Assembly: GCA_964247055.1 (NCBI GenBank)
Contig: OZ176057.1
Location: 5,146,001 to 5,210,000, forward strand
Reading direction: 5' to 3'
Length of the DNA: 64,000 nucleotides
Origin: Paragordius varius
Taxonomy: Eukaryota; Animalia; Nematomorpha
Position numbers and translations under genes: made by a program. Below, in pieces: positions 27,401 to 38,270 of the stretch. Positions within the stretch are counted from its first letter, which is position 1. The number at the start of each line of letters is the position of its first letter. A model generated the notes under the pieces. It saw only the letters and a list, made by a program, of their open reading frames with translations, was not told where the DNA came from and ran no database searches.

Positions 27401-30297
27401 TTTTTGGTAAAAGCTTTTTTGTTTATCATTTTTAAATTCTACTGTTCATTTGGTAATTTATTTAACAATTTAACAGATTTGGTTGTATATATATATAGTA
27501 AATAAGCTAAATAAATAATCATAATTATCAACATGAAACACATAGGTAAATCGTACGAAACTCCTTACAGCAAACAAATAATTCCATCTCCCCCTGTGCG
27601 ACATTCACGAGTAAACACAAACGTAAAAATTGGGGGATGGAGTCCCCAAACAGGACCTTATAATATACCAAGTAAGTACAAATTTAAAATTAAAACCTAA
27701 AAATATCTTACATATCCTAGAGTATTATGTAAACTCTAAACATATAGCCATTAAAATTATTTTGCAATATATATGTCAAAAATATTTTTTATATACCTAT
27801 TTAAAGGTGGAACAAACACAATAGTGATTGCCAAACCAATCCCAAATAGAAGAGTAGAGAATGGGGAAATATTACGGACGCAGGAAACAGAATACTGGAG
27901 AAATAAAATTCAACAGCAAGAAAACTTGGGCGGCGGACCTTACCAACAAAAACAGTAAATTTACATAAAATCTAATATTTGTGGGTAAGCTTTTTTGACA
28001 TACCGACCACTTTTGTTAACTTTTACATAGATTATTGCTTCACTAAAACTCTTCAAACATAATTGAACGAACTCATTCATACAATGTGATTGATTATATG
28101 TTAAAAATCTAATTAATAGTACATGTACATATATATATAATAATTGTAGCAAATGACAATTTTATAGCCGCAAATTATAATATTGACATAATATATAATT
28201 TTCGAATCTTTATTGCAGTACCCATTGAGTTTTGTGCGAGTCCATAAAATTTTAGTTATAAAAATTCTTAAAACAAATATTTGGTTTTATTATGTAATTT
28301 CTTTGAAACTGATCCTTTTAGATTTGTGGTTCCAGGAAATGTGTTTAGCGTACAACAACATCAACAACAAGACCAACAAACGAGAACCGGGCTAAATTCT
28401 CAATATCAACCATCGTACAGTCAATCCCACGTGGAACGAAAAATACCCGCAGTTCAATTTTATAATCCCCCATCTTATCCGGCCTCGGTGGCAAGAAATT
28501 TTGAAAGGTGACTTATTTGAAAAAGCATTAAAGCGAAATCGCTAAATACTAATCATTGGCTAAAAAAACTAAGTCCTTAAAGCACTCTTTGCGTGTTTTG
28601 TGTTTATCAGGTGTTAAATTAGCACTAATATATCAATATATGTATCTAATCTCTTGTACATCAACAAACACAAAAGTACAACTATAGGTATATAGGTCTA
28701 TAGTAAAAAGTTATAATTAAGCTATAAAAAACGACCAGTGCCAAGATTGACTAGGAAATATCGACATTTTTGCTCATAGTAGTATAATTGCAAATGAAAA
28801 ACAGGTAATAAATAAAATGTAAAATACACATGAAAATGATGTGATTGATTCATTCGAGTAAAGATATAATTATGTAAAAAGTCTTACATTGTAAATGTCC
28901 TTGACACAAATATATATATATGAATGCAGAGCAGGTAAAGAAGACATAGAAGAAGTTTTTTGTGCTAAACATACTTTTTATATAATAAAAATATTTTATT
29001 ATCCATCACAATGAAAAACATAGGATATACAGTAGCGTAATGCACAAAAACCTGTGCAGAATGAAACGAATTGGCATGTTTGTTTGTGGTAGATAATATT
29101 TTATACTGTTTGAGCGACTTCGAAATAGAGAGAATAAGAAATTACAATTAAGAAGTGGTCAGCGTTAAAAAAGGCTTAAAATAACTATTCTAAATTTGTT
29201 GTATTTATAATTAACCATTAGATACAATGGAATACGGTACAACCATCAACAAAAAACGGTTGGATACTCGCCTCAAGGATCTTATAACCCGCATTATAAC
29301 CGCTATCAAACACGACGAATGTACGATAGTTTAGGCCGAGAGGTTTTACTTAAAAACTTAAACTTGCCAGAAGTTGAATTGAGTTTTAAGGAAAACGCCA
29401 ACAAACAAAATAACCTGACTGATATTGTCACCGATAACAGTATTTGGGTCATCCTAAATAATAATAGCTCAGGCAATTCGAAAAATCTAGAAAAAGATTT
29501 GAATAACACACCAACAATGCGTCATCGGGGTAAACATTTTATTGTTCGGCTAAAAGCAAATTATGGGACGACACGTGGTAATGGTGACAAAAGCAGAAGA
29601 CGGAATAAACGAGAAGCGGTGACAAAAACCATCAACTTTGATGTTTATGACAATAATGAACCATTGGATTATATAGAGAAAAGAACGACCCGACGACGAC
29701 CTGTATTGCATATTCAAGATCGCTGGCATTATTACCAGAATGTTAATAAAGTAGGAAACTTAATGCTAGGATCATTATTAGATAACCCAATACAATCACC
29801 CAGAAGAAATTCACAAGGTAATGATCATGTTTACTTAAAGTATCCGGCTTATCATGCACACCCGAGTAACCCTCACAAATACATTCAATGTAGCACAGAA
29901 GGTTTTGGAACAGTAATGGACTGTTCACCTGGAACGGTTTGGGACTCAGCCTCAAAAAATTGTCACTAATTTAAAACATTATAACCTTATTTATAAATAT
30001 ATATATATATAGTATTGAATAATATTATATTTTATAAATTACACACATACACAACGTATATTTATGTGCCAAAATTAAAAACCAAATTTTTTTTTCAAAA
30101 GTTATTATTATAATAAATTAAATTTTATAAATTATATGTAACTTACAAAATTCCATAAAGATATTGTTAGAATCATCCTTTAAATCTGGAATATGCTTAT
30201 CCAAAAGAACACAAACATTATCTTCTTTCTTTTCACATATATCGGCATTTGTAAAATTAATAATTAGTCCAAAAATTAGACCAATGTAAAAATTCAT
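5568..30297 (-). CDS. P4HB: Protein disulfide-isomerase (a-b-b'-a', PDIA1/P4HB-like), 12 exons, 546 aa
   Basis: Exons in transcript order: 30297-30147, 12961-12725, 11451-11315, 10773-10621, 10277-10170, 9207-9082, 8439-8209, 7825-7705, 7487-7402, 6778-6665, 6102-6019, 5660-5568. All introns GT-AG with compatible phases; total 1641 nt. Signal peptide, two YAPWCGHCK sites, IAKxDxT-N and YPT/FPT motifs, [21 protein letters not shown] x-linker, acidic tail ending HSEL*. Confidence 0.92.
6890..7205. mobile_element. CAGTAAAAATTGAAATTATACGGACAAAACG MITE family; further copies or ends near 1490, 9820, 12978, 13430, 37770, 53140, 56880, 59928
   Basis: Recurring TA-flanked CAGT terminus and GACAACCATAC/GTATGGTTGTC inverted motif. 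Confidence 0.8.
7402..7487 (-). CDS. P4HB: PDI exon 9, second thioredoxin active site
   Basis: [29 protein letters not shown]; preceded by exon 7825-7705 ending NVLVEF+t. Confidence 0.95.
8209..8439 (-). CDS. P4HB: PDI exon 7 (b' domain)
   Basis: [33 protein letters not shown]...MKKYKP...FMQGKLK matches the PDI b' signature (RILEFFG...P); phase 0-0. Confidence 0.92.
11952..12077. repeat. Hairpin/MITE with perfect ~39-bp inverted repeats
   Basis: TTTAATAACGACATAATATGGAGATTATTATTATTTGCC and its exact reverse complement. Confidence 0.85.
12358..12720. repeat. Intronic tandem duplication (two ~150-210 bp units) with (AT)n tract, next to the PDI exon 2 donor
   Basis: ATTTAAATATTGTCTGGGGGTATATTTA and GACGAGAATCGAAATAAAAGTCAAACAA each occur twice. 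Confidence 0.75.
12725..12961 (-). CDS. P4HB: PDI exon 2, first thioredoxin active site
   Basis: [18 protein letters not shown]...IAKIDATEN...IQSYPTLK; tag acceptor, gtatg donor. Confidence 0.95.
13055..13229. mobile_element. 175-bp Tc1/mariner-type MITE
   Basis: TA|CAGTAGCGTATGGAGTAAAACAATATT...AATATTGTTTTACTCCATACGCTACTG|TA. Confidence 0.85.
13519..13681. repeat. Hairpin MITE-like element
   Basis: TTGGTTGATTGGTAA...TTACCAATCAACCAA inverted ends. Confidence 0.65.
13765..14210 (+). mobile_element. RTE-like non-LTR retrotransposon 3' remnant
   Basis: [21 protein letters not shown]..., [15 protein letters not shown](W) motifs with stops. Confidence 0.7.
14260..14552. mobile_element. hAT-like MITE
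   Basis: CAGGGGTGCCAAC...GGCCCGC...GCGGCCC...GTTGAAGACCCC termini. Confidence 0.55.
15486..15989. mobile_element. ~500-bp MITE inserted in the left arm of the long-TIR element
   Basis: TIRs TTTGCACTTCAA.GGTGTCCTTGAACACTTCAAGTTGGTCCTT; absent from the matching right-arm position (~18005). Confidence 0.8.
16905..17370 (+). pseudogene. Degenerate DDE (IS630/Tc1-type) transposase
   Basis: ...[24 protein letters not shown]...[11 protein letters not shown]...[32 protein letters not shown], with stops and frameshifts. Confidence 0.75.
19479..20381 (+). CDS. Exon 1 of large secreted precursor (signal peptide and pro-region)
   Basis: ORF 19479; hydrophobic [20 protein letters not shown] then PTANA-IELL; dibasic sites KLRR and FAKR. 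Confidence 0.8.
19479..29969 (+). CDS. Large secreted precursor (~2660 aa) with interrupted C-type lectin domain, low-complexity charged blocks and C-terminal CBM14-like domain; 10 exons; nested in PDI intron 1
   Basis: Exons 19479-20381, 20469-22321, 22659-22916, 23160-26363, 26571-26828, 26923-27230, 27546-27671, 27807-27954, 28322-28507, 29222-29969. All GT-AG and phase-compatible; total 7992 nt = 2663 aa + stop. Long GC-enriched ORFs in AT-rich background; hydrophobic N-terminus ending ANA-IE. Acceptor 26571 and donor 20381 are the least certain sites. Confidence 0.82.
20469..22321 (+). CDS. Exon 2, containing the interrupted C-type lectin-like domain (about 20538-21557)
   Basis: CPRG...[21 protein letters not shown]...GIWLGG...[insert]...KCLYSQ...[12 protein letters not shown] are the CTLD alpha1, WIGL and terminal C..C..YVCE motifs. 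Confidence 0.82.
22987..23125. repeat. ~140-bp hairpin MITE in intron 3 of the nested gene
   Basis: TTTTAATGGTTGCTTATTTCACACTATAG...CTATAGTGTGAAATAAGCAACCATTAAAA. Confidence 0.85.
23160..26363 (+). CDS. Exon 4, 3.2-kb low-complexity region with RYKR and RFKR sites, polybasic block and acidic/His block
   Basis: 1080-aa ORF; tag acceptor at 23159, gtaat donor at 26364; phase 2-2. Confidence 0.88.
29222..29969 (+). CDS. Last exon with RNKR site and C-terminal chitin-binding peritrophin-A (CBM14)-like module
   Basis: ...[37 protein letters not shown] fits the P..C/P..Y..C......C..G..W/F.....C pattern. Confidence 0.8.
30147..30297 (-). CDS. P4HB: PDI exon 1 (signal peptide and start of a domain)
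   Basis: [50 protein letters not shown]+t|gtaag. The phase-1 donor fits the ag|AT GCA CCC TGG acceptor at 12961 and gives EFYAPWCGHC. Confidence 0.85.
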
Positions 30298-31373
30298 TTT
30301 TGTGAAATCAAATCCAAAGAAACGTGGCTTTGTCGCTTAAAAAATGTAAATGTGGTTGTAGAAATATGCACGAGACAAATCGGTAATAAAAAAAGGCAAA
30401 TATTAATAAATATTTTTAATTGTTACTTGCAAAAAATAATATTGTCTTTACTCTATGAATTGTTGGATTTTAGGCAACAAAAATTAAAAATTATGCAATG
30501 CACACAAAAAATTTTAATCACTATATATAATAATTGAATAATACAGAGCGCCCAAAATTGAGGGTATAAAAAATTAAACAAAAGATATTCTGATAGAATC
30601 ATCAAGATCGTTATTGTGCTTTCAGTTTTAACCCTTATGAATGATTTTGGTTACTTTTATGTGGTAACTGCTCTATATTGTAAAATAACAAAATTTGCGC
30701 ACATGTTGCATAAGATTTTTTTGGTGAATGATAAATGATTCATTTAATATATCCTATACTCTTTAAACACCAAATATATTTGCAAAAGTTTTAAACAAAA
30801 ACCAAAACTCTCACCCCCCGCCTCCTCCTTTAAAATAGGTTTTCTTAATATTTTATTACATTTCTATTTTATGATGACATTTTGGTGTAGCAGAACTTAA
30901 TCTTGTAAAAGTTTTTAAAGTTAATTTACTTAAAAAAAATAATTATCAAAATTATTTTTCTGCATTAATTAATAAGCTTCTTTTTTACAGATTTAATAGT
31001 TCATCTAGAACTGAGAGAGCTTGAAAATGCAAAATAACATCTGATTATAAAATTAGAAGTATAATGTTTGCTGGTAAAATGTAATCTTTTTAAATACATT
31101 TTCTAAACGTAAAAAACATTTATATGCCTGTTTTCTTATATGAATTTAAAAATTCAAAGAAATCCAATGCCAAAAGTTTGAAAGGAATATTTTTACAGTT
31201 TAATATTTTAGAAAAAAAATAAGCATGCGTTTGAAACAAAGAGAGCATATTTATAAATATGGCCTAATACATTGTAAAGTTTTAAGTTATTTTAATTTAA
31301 AATCCCTTTAGGCTATAAGACTACCCGAATAGATTGTTAAAAACTAAAATAGTTCTGTCGTGATAATTTTTAT

Positions 31374-31416
<43 letters not shown>

Positions 31417-34400
31417 AAAAATATTTTAAATGGATATTCTATTGAAAAACATTTTTCTCACCTTAGAATTTTGGTTAACTTCGGTTCAAATTGGTGTATA
31501 TAAAAACCCCAAAAATATTTAAATTCATATTTGTAGAAAACTACTGAAAGAAAAGGTTCCAATTAAATTTATGGTTCTATAAAAAAAATTATATAAATAA
31601 GCCAAAGTATCAAAATAAAATTTAGTTATGGAAAAAAAGTTCCGTATCAAACTACTAGGACACCTTTTCATTTTACAGTATTTATGCCAAATATCGTGTT
31701 TAAATGATTCTAAGCCTAAAATTTTGTTTATTTTTTTATTAAAATCATATTTAACATTGATATAAACAGAAAAAGTGTATTAAGCATTATCTTTGTATTT
31801 TGCTTATGCGCACATGTGATGTTGGGTAAATTTTGACCTTCAAATTTTACCCATAAATAAGTAATATAAGTATTAAATAAATTTTATATTTTATTTTGGT
31901 ACCTTAACACTTGGATACAACACATTCTTTTAAGTCCTTCGATTCAAATTGGGGTTGTTAAATACCCCAGGCCTGTTTAAAATTAGATTCTTTTAAAAAT
32001 ATGGAAGGAATCAAAACCATGGCAAAATTTTGAACATTAATAAACGGAAATATATAATAAAATTTATTCAAAAATCCTTGATATTACTTATTTTAAGCTA
32101 AAACCAAAGGTAAATAGTCAACGTGACATGTGTGCAATGATAAAATTAAAAATAATAAAACAAAATAAACCGCTTTTTCTATTTCTATCAATGTCTATAA
32201 TTTAAATAAAAAACTACTTTTGAAATTAAATGAAGACAATATTTTGAAAAAATTAAAAATATTGTTTGTTTTATATATTTAGTTTATGATATTTTTTAAT
32301 AATATTTTTTTGGGATGAAACATTTAGTTTCTAAAAGATTTTTAAAACTATGTGCGCAAATTATGTCATTTTCTGATGTGGAGTTATTACCACTAAAGTG
32401 TAAATATCTCTCTGAAATCACTCGTGAGGGCCAACAAAAGCACCATAAAAATCCTGATACAATTTTTTTATGTTATAGCATCATTATATTTAATATCCCT
32501 CGATGTCGGACTCCCCTGTTATAAATCAAAACAATATTTTTATAAATTTTGATTTTTAGATACAGGCATCGAAAGTCCCAAAATTCGCTTAAATTGGCTC
32601 CTAAGATAAAGGCAAAAGTATCGAGATTGCTGGATAGAAAATTGATATATGCTAAATTATGACATCAAAAGAGTTTCGAAACGGATATTTTGCATAATAT
32701 TTAATGTATATCAAAATTTTATGGATGCGAGTTTTATTTTATTAAGGCATAATGTAAACCGTATAAAAACTCAGAAAAAACAAAATATAATTATGCTGAA
32801 CGTTTCTCGAATTTAAGCGTTCATATACCAATAAAGAATAAAGTACATTTCGATAAAATTTTGCTTAAATTAAATTTTTTTCAAAATTTAGCATAAAATT
32901 TTTTATCGCACACCACTTGCATTAATTGAAGGATGACGCTCATTTAAGTTTAAAATATGGAGTTTTGCATATGTCTAAAACAGGAAAAACCAGGCCCTCG
33001 AGCATTCCAGTTAAAATCATTTTTTAAACAATTTTTTTTAAAAGGTTCCCAAGTTTGGCAATAAACTAGCAAAAAAATGTTAAAATAAATAATGATTTTG
33101 TTAATGTCCATATATTTTTCGAAACAGGATTTTTTAATCCAAAAATTGCGGCATTCCATTTGTGTTAAATACCCTTTATATAAAATTTAACATAAAATTT
33201 TGCTTTTAAAACTACTATATATTTTTTAATGATATCTAAAGAAGGATAAAGCTTTAATCTATTTCAAAAAAAATCAATTTGATATAATGGCTAATTCTGC
33301 ATACGAAAATTCAAATGACTTTTTTCTCATAATGCCCAAAACCCTAAACAGTTTAATCCTAACACATTAATCTATCCAAATATTTGTGGAGAATTTGCAT
33401 TGTTCTTGTAATTTTCATATATCTTAATAGCGCACAACGCACTTTTTTTAAATAAAAAATTATGGCGCACATAAAATAATACGTATATTAATTTTTGGAT
33501 ATAGGTCACCAAATTTTTGGACCTACTTTAAAGGAACTAAGCTTAATATTTTACCTAATGCCAAGATCGTGCGTTGACAATAAAATATAAGCTGCATTCA
33601 CTATGCATACAAAAATATATCATGATGAAATTTAAATCCTGATAAAATGTAACAGGATTCTCTTAGTGCTTTTTGGACCTTGCGAGTGCTACAAGAAAAT
33701 TTTGCCACTTTTGGGGTAACCTATCCGTATTAGAAAATGATGAAATTTGCGCACACTTTGCTAAATATTTTTGGTAAGCTAAAAATATATTCTAGTAATA
33801 ATTTTTGGAATCCATGCCAATAAAAATTTATCTAGTCATATGTGCGCATTCTGATCTAGATTACTTACCACAAAAATGTATATAACTTTCTTAATCGTTA
33901 GGCCGAAACAAGCATGTTACAGATATATTTTTCTATCAGAGTATACATATTTTATCAGACATGTTATATACAACCCGATTTTCGAAGCAGTGTATATAAA
34001 CAAAACAACTTTTTATTAAATTTTAAATTTATAATATGGGTTCTGAAATTGAACCCGTCTAAAATGGGCAGGTTTTCTTAAAACGCAAAACTGCTAATTG
34101 CGATATACAAATTTTTAAATATGCTAAAATTTGATATTCTTGAAAAAATGGGTATTTTGCTTAAAAATTTCATTCATACCAAAACTTTGATGATTCTAGT
34201 ATGGCAACGGTAAACAACGCTTTAAGATATTTTAACCTTTTCTATATAAATTGAGGATGAGCTATCAGCTCCTAATTTTGATTAAAAAAGATTTTGTCAT
34301 CAAGTTTAAGTATTTACAATCATTTATCATTCAAAAGCAAATAATTCTTTATAGTAATATTCTGATATGATAAATATGTTAAGCTTCATCAATCTATTAA

Positions 34401-36059
34401 AGAAAAGGTGTATTTATAATATCCCATTTACGATTCAAATTCACCCTTGAACAATTCAAATTTAACCTAAAAATGTTATGTGTCCGGTAATACTATTCAT
34501 TTTTAATTTGAAATATATCTTTTTGACTTAGTTTTTTATTTTTTCTATATTTTAATTAAAATTTCATTATATTAAAAATTTAAAAAAATTAATTTTTAAT
34601 CTTAAAATCACATAATTTATTTCAGGGAGATTTTTATTGTTCAAGGGTGCATTTGAATTGTTAAAGGATTAATTTGAAGTGTAAATAGGATATCTTAAAC
34701 TTTTATACCGTTTTTACTATGGCTTCATACCAAAAAATACCGGTGCACAAAAATATTGCTAAACATCAATTTGAGAAATATATTTTTTTGAAAATGGTTT
34801 TTTATGATTATTCTACCATATATTAAAAATTATCGCAAAATCTCGTCATTGCGTCTATTAAAAAATGTTGCTTATTGGCGTTGCCCCCGTTTCAGAAACC
34901 ACTGGAATAGGAGCCACTTACTGATTATGGCCTTTGTTCTAATGGCAAGAAAAAAAAATTTCTTACTATTCAATCGTTCATTCTAAAATCGCAGATTTGA
35001 AACAATTAGTGCTGATAACACTAGACAAAAATTTTGACTTTTTATGACTGCCATTCTTTATATATTGAAATTTTTAACATCTATAAATAGTATATCTGAA
35101 AATAAATTGGTCTATCACCTAAGAATTTTATTATATTAGAGTTTATCGAGATGGCCCCGATTTAACATTAAACTCGAAATTTTCAAAATATAAGGTTTTA
35201 GATATAAAGCCATGCATTTTATATCATTCGAAAGAGCGGTAAAAACTATATCTTTCAAATAGTAGTAACTGATTTAAATCAATCATGAGTAAAAGTTATT
35301 TGTTATGGTCAAAATTTTCAACCCTTAAATACGTCGACAATTTTCACTGACAAACTAATTATAAAATTATATAAATTATTTTAATATAATTATTAGGGTT
35401 ACATAATTTAAAAAAAATCATTGAAAAAGCTTTTGGCTTCCTTTTTTAATAAAAATTATATATTATTAATTTAACTAGTGGATTAAAATAAATAACTTTA
35501 AATTTATATAATGGCTATAAAAGATCAAAAATACCTTAAACTTGGTCTTTATTAAATATTAAAATTATAAGCCTCGTAAATAAAATAAATTAATATTGAT
35601 AAGGTGGTAATTTTTAAAAAACAAAAAACTTAAAAATAGCTGAATGACATAAAGGCCATAAATATATGTATGAACAAAAAAACTTTCTTTTGTTATCTTT
35701 TTTTAATCCATTATATAGATAAAGTTTAAGCTATTTTTATTTATTTGTTTTAAAAATATATTAATTAAGTAAAACGCTCTCGCTTTGCGCGTTTGTAGCT
35801 TCTTATGTCCAATATTAACTATCGTTGATGTAAAACATATTAGTATGCATTTTATAGATTTTTCATTTTTTCAATGATATGTTACAAATGGGCATTCCTT
35901 GTATATTTTCAAAGAAAAATTTCATTAAAATTTTGATAAAGCAGGGTGTTGGATGGAACCACAAGTAACGTCAGATAGGTAAAAAAAATAACATTGTATT
36001 TCGTTGGTATATAATGATCTATCTATATATATATCTAATATAGGTACAATGTTTTCAGA

Positions 36060-36930
36060 TATATCAAGGTGAGATGTTTGCTTTTATACAATTAAATAAA
36101 AGTATAATAATAATAATAATAATAACAATAATAGTAAAACGTGGTGGGGAGGTTAAACTACTACAAACATTAGTTTATATTACAAATGTTGTTTGTGCGG
36201 TTAATCTATTATTGTAATATAAGGTTCATTCAAATTAGCCTGTCAGTTACCACTATAACACCACTACCCCCTTCTAACACCGTCGTTCCTCTATTTTTGT
36301 GGGGGAGCTGGTTGTCGCATGTTCCTGGGTATTGTTAGTATTTAAATTGGCGGCTGTCGGAGTAATCGGTTCGGTTTCGTCATTTGGGTTGCTCGTGCTG
36401 TTTGGTTGAGGTTCGGCAATCGTTACATAATCCTTGGCAGTGGTTACATTCTCCTTACTTGTGTTGCTGGAAGTGGTAATTCGTAGTTGTGGCTGGTGTA
36501 CTATTTGGTCGGCGTGTCTCCTCACAACTTTCTCCCGGTCTTTGTCCCATACCTTGTATGACAATAGCCCTGTACCGTCCGTGATCTCTCCAGCGCGCCG
36601 CCCTGGACTTAAATTCATTTTTAATCATTACTAGGTCATTAATGGCAAACTGCCGTCGGGCGGCCGGTGGATCTAACATCGCCCTACTATTTAACCCGGT
36701 TAAGGGGGTATGGGGTGTTGGCTTGAACATTAATTGGGCCGGGGTTTCTTTCGTTGTTGAGTGTATAGAATTTTTATACGCCCATAGGCTAGTGTTTAAC
36801 GCTTCGTGGGTGGATATCGCATTATTTTTTATCGTACCCACTAACCTTTCTACCATCCCATTAATTTGGATGGTAGGGGGTAAAATATGTTTCACCCCTA
36901 TAATCATTTTTAAAGCCTTGATTTGCTGGC
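36060..36930 (-). mobile_element. Ty3/Gypsy LTR retrotransposon 3' remnant (integrase, polypurine tract, start of 3' LTR)
   Basis: NGMVERLVGTIK...WAYKNSIHSTTKETPAQLMF...F..NDLVMIKN...SYKV...RRHADQI (frameshifted); AGAAGGGGGTAGTGG followed by TGTTATAG at 36260. LTR far end uncertain. Confidence 0.85.
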
Positions 36931-38270
36931 TACTCGAATCATGTTATTGATGAATAGATGTAAATTGTATACATTTTATAAATTGTAAAAGAGTGCTTTA
37001 TATAGGAAATATTGTTAAAAGTACAATTATTACTGTATTATTTATCTAAAATGATTTAATTAATTTTTCTCACATATATATAAATTATATTTTTTATTTA
37101 TATTTCATATATCCTAGGAAGTGCATGTTTGCAAGTGTGTTACGCCCCGCCATTATTAGAAGAGCTGGAAAGACTTTTTAGTCGAACATAATTAATACAT
37201 TGTATTTATTAGCTTTAAACATGGATTTTTTTCTTTATAAATTTTAATAATATAACATTTATCATTCAAATTCACCCGAAAAATAAATTTCTCGTTTTGA
37301 GCTAATCTAAATCATCATAGATAGTATGATAATAAGTTTTTATGGTATAATAGTTTGTCATTATTATATATATTTTGTTAAAAGCATTTCTTATATTAAA
37401 AATTAATATACAGGTAGATTTAGATTTTCACAAAAACATTTTATTTTTAAGGGTGAATTTTAAAATGTTTTTTAATTAATTTATAATATATAATGTTGTA
37501 TGTATATCGCTCCTATAGATATATATATATATATATATTGTTACTATATATTTCAAAATATTTTTGGAGTTGGTTTTAGTTCAAGAGAACAGTGTTTCAA
37601 TGTGAAAATACTGAAATTATAAATCATATTAAAATTGAGCTATTAGTGCTTAAATCAGAAACAAGCCACATGGATATCTTGTGGGGCCCGCGAAAAATTT
37701 TGAAAAATACCAAATTAATATGAAATGGTATTTTATTTATACCTGGTAAAATTGGTATCTTTTTGTAAATTTACAGTAAAAATTGAAATTATCCAGACAA
37801 AACGTACAATTATAAAGAGATTTTTTTTAAAACCATAAATAAACCCTAAATATTTTCTATCACAATTTTAAACTATACTTGGGTTATGTTATCAATTTAC
37901 ATCACTATTTCACCCTTTACAATTTGAAACTATGAGTTATATAAAATTTAATATAAATGTCCTTATATATTAAGGTTGTCTGTTTTACAATTTTAACTAA
38001 TTTAAATATATCTATGATGCAAATTTTGCTACAACAAACTAGCTAAAAATTGGTGAAATATATAATAAGTAATTTTATTAACCTAATTTACAGTCTTATG
38101 TTTAAAATCCAATAAAATATTTATTAATGGCAATTTATTTTTTCCAATGTGGCCAGTGAAGTCATTTGTGGTAGGAACCTCTAGTTTATACAGATATTAA
38201 TATAAATATTCAATCAAGTTAAGCCTGAATGTAATGATATTTTTCATTCAGAAACATTCTTTTTTTAAAA

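Noticed and set aside
30300-36050. Short ORFs between PDI exon 1 and the Gypsy remnant
   Set aside because: AT-rich, repeat-derived, with no protein motifs or consistent exon chain.
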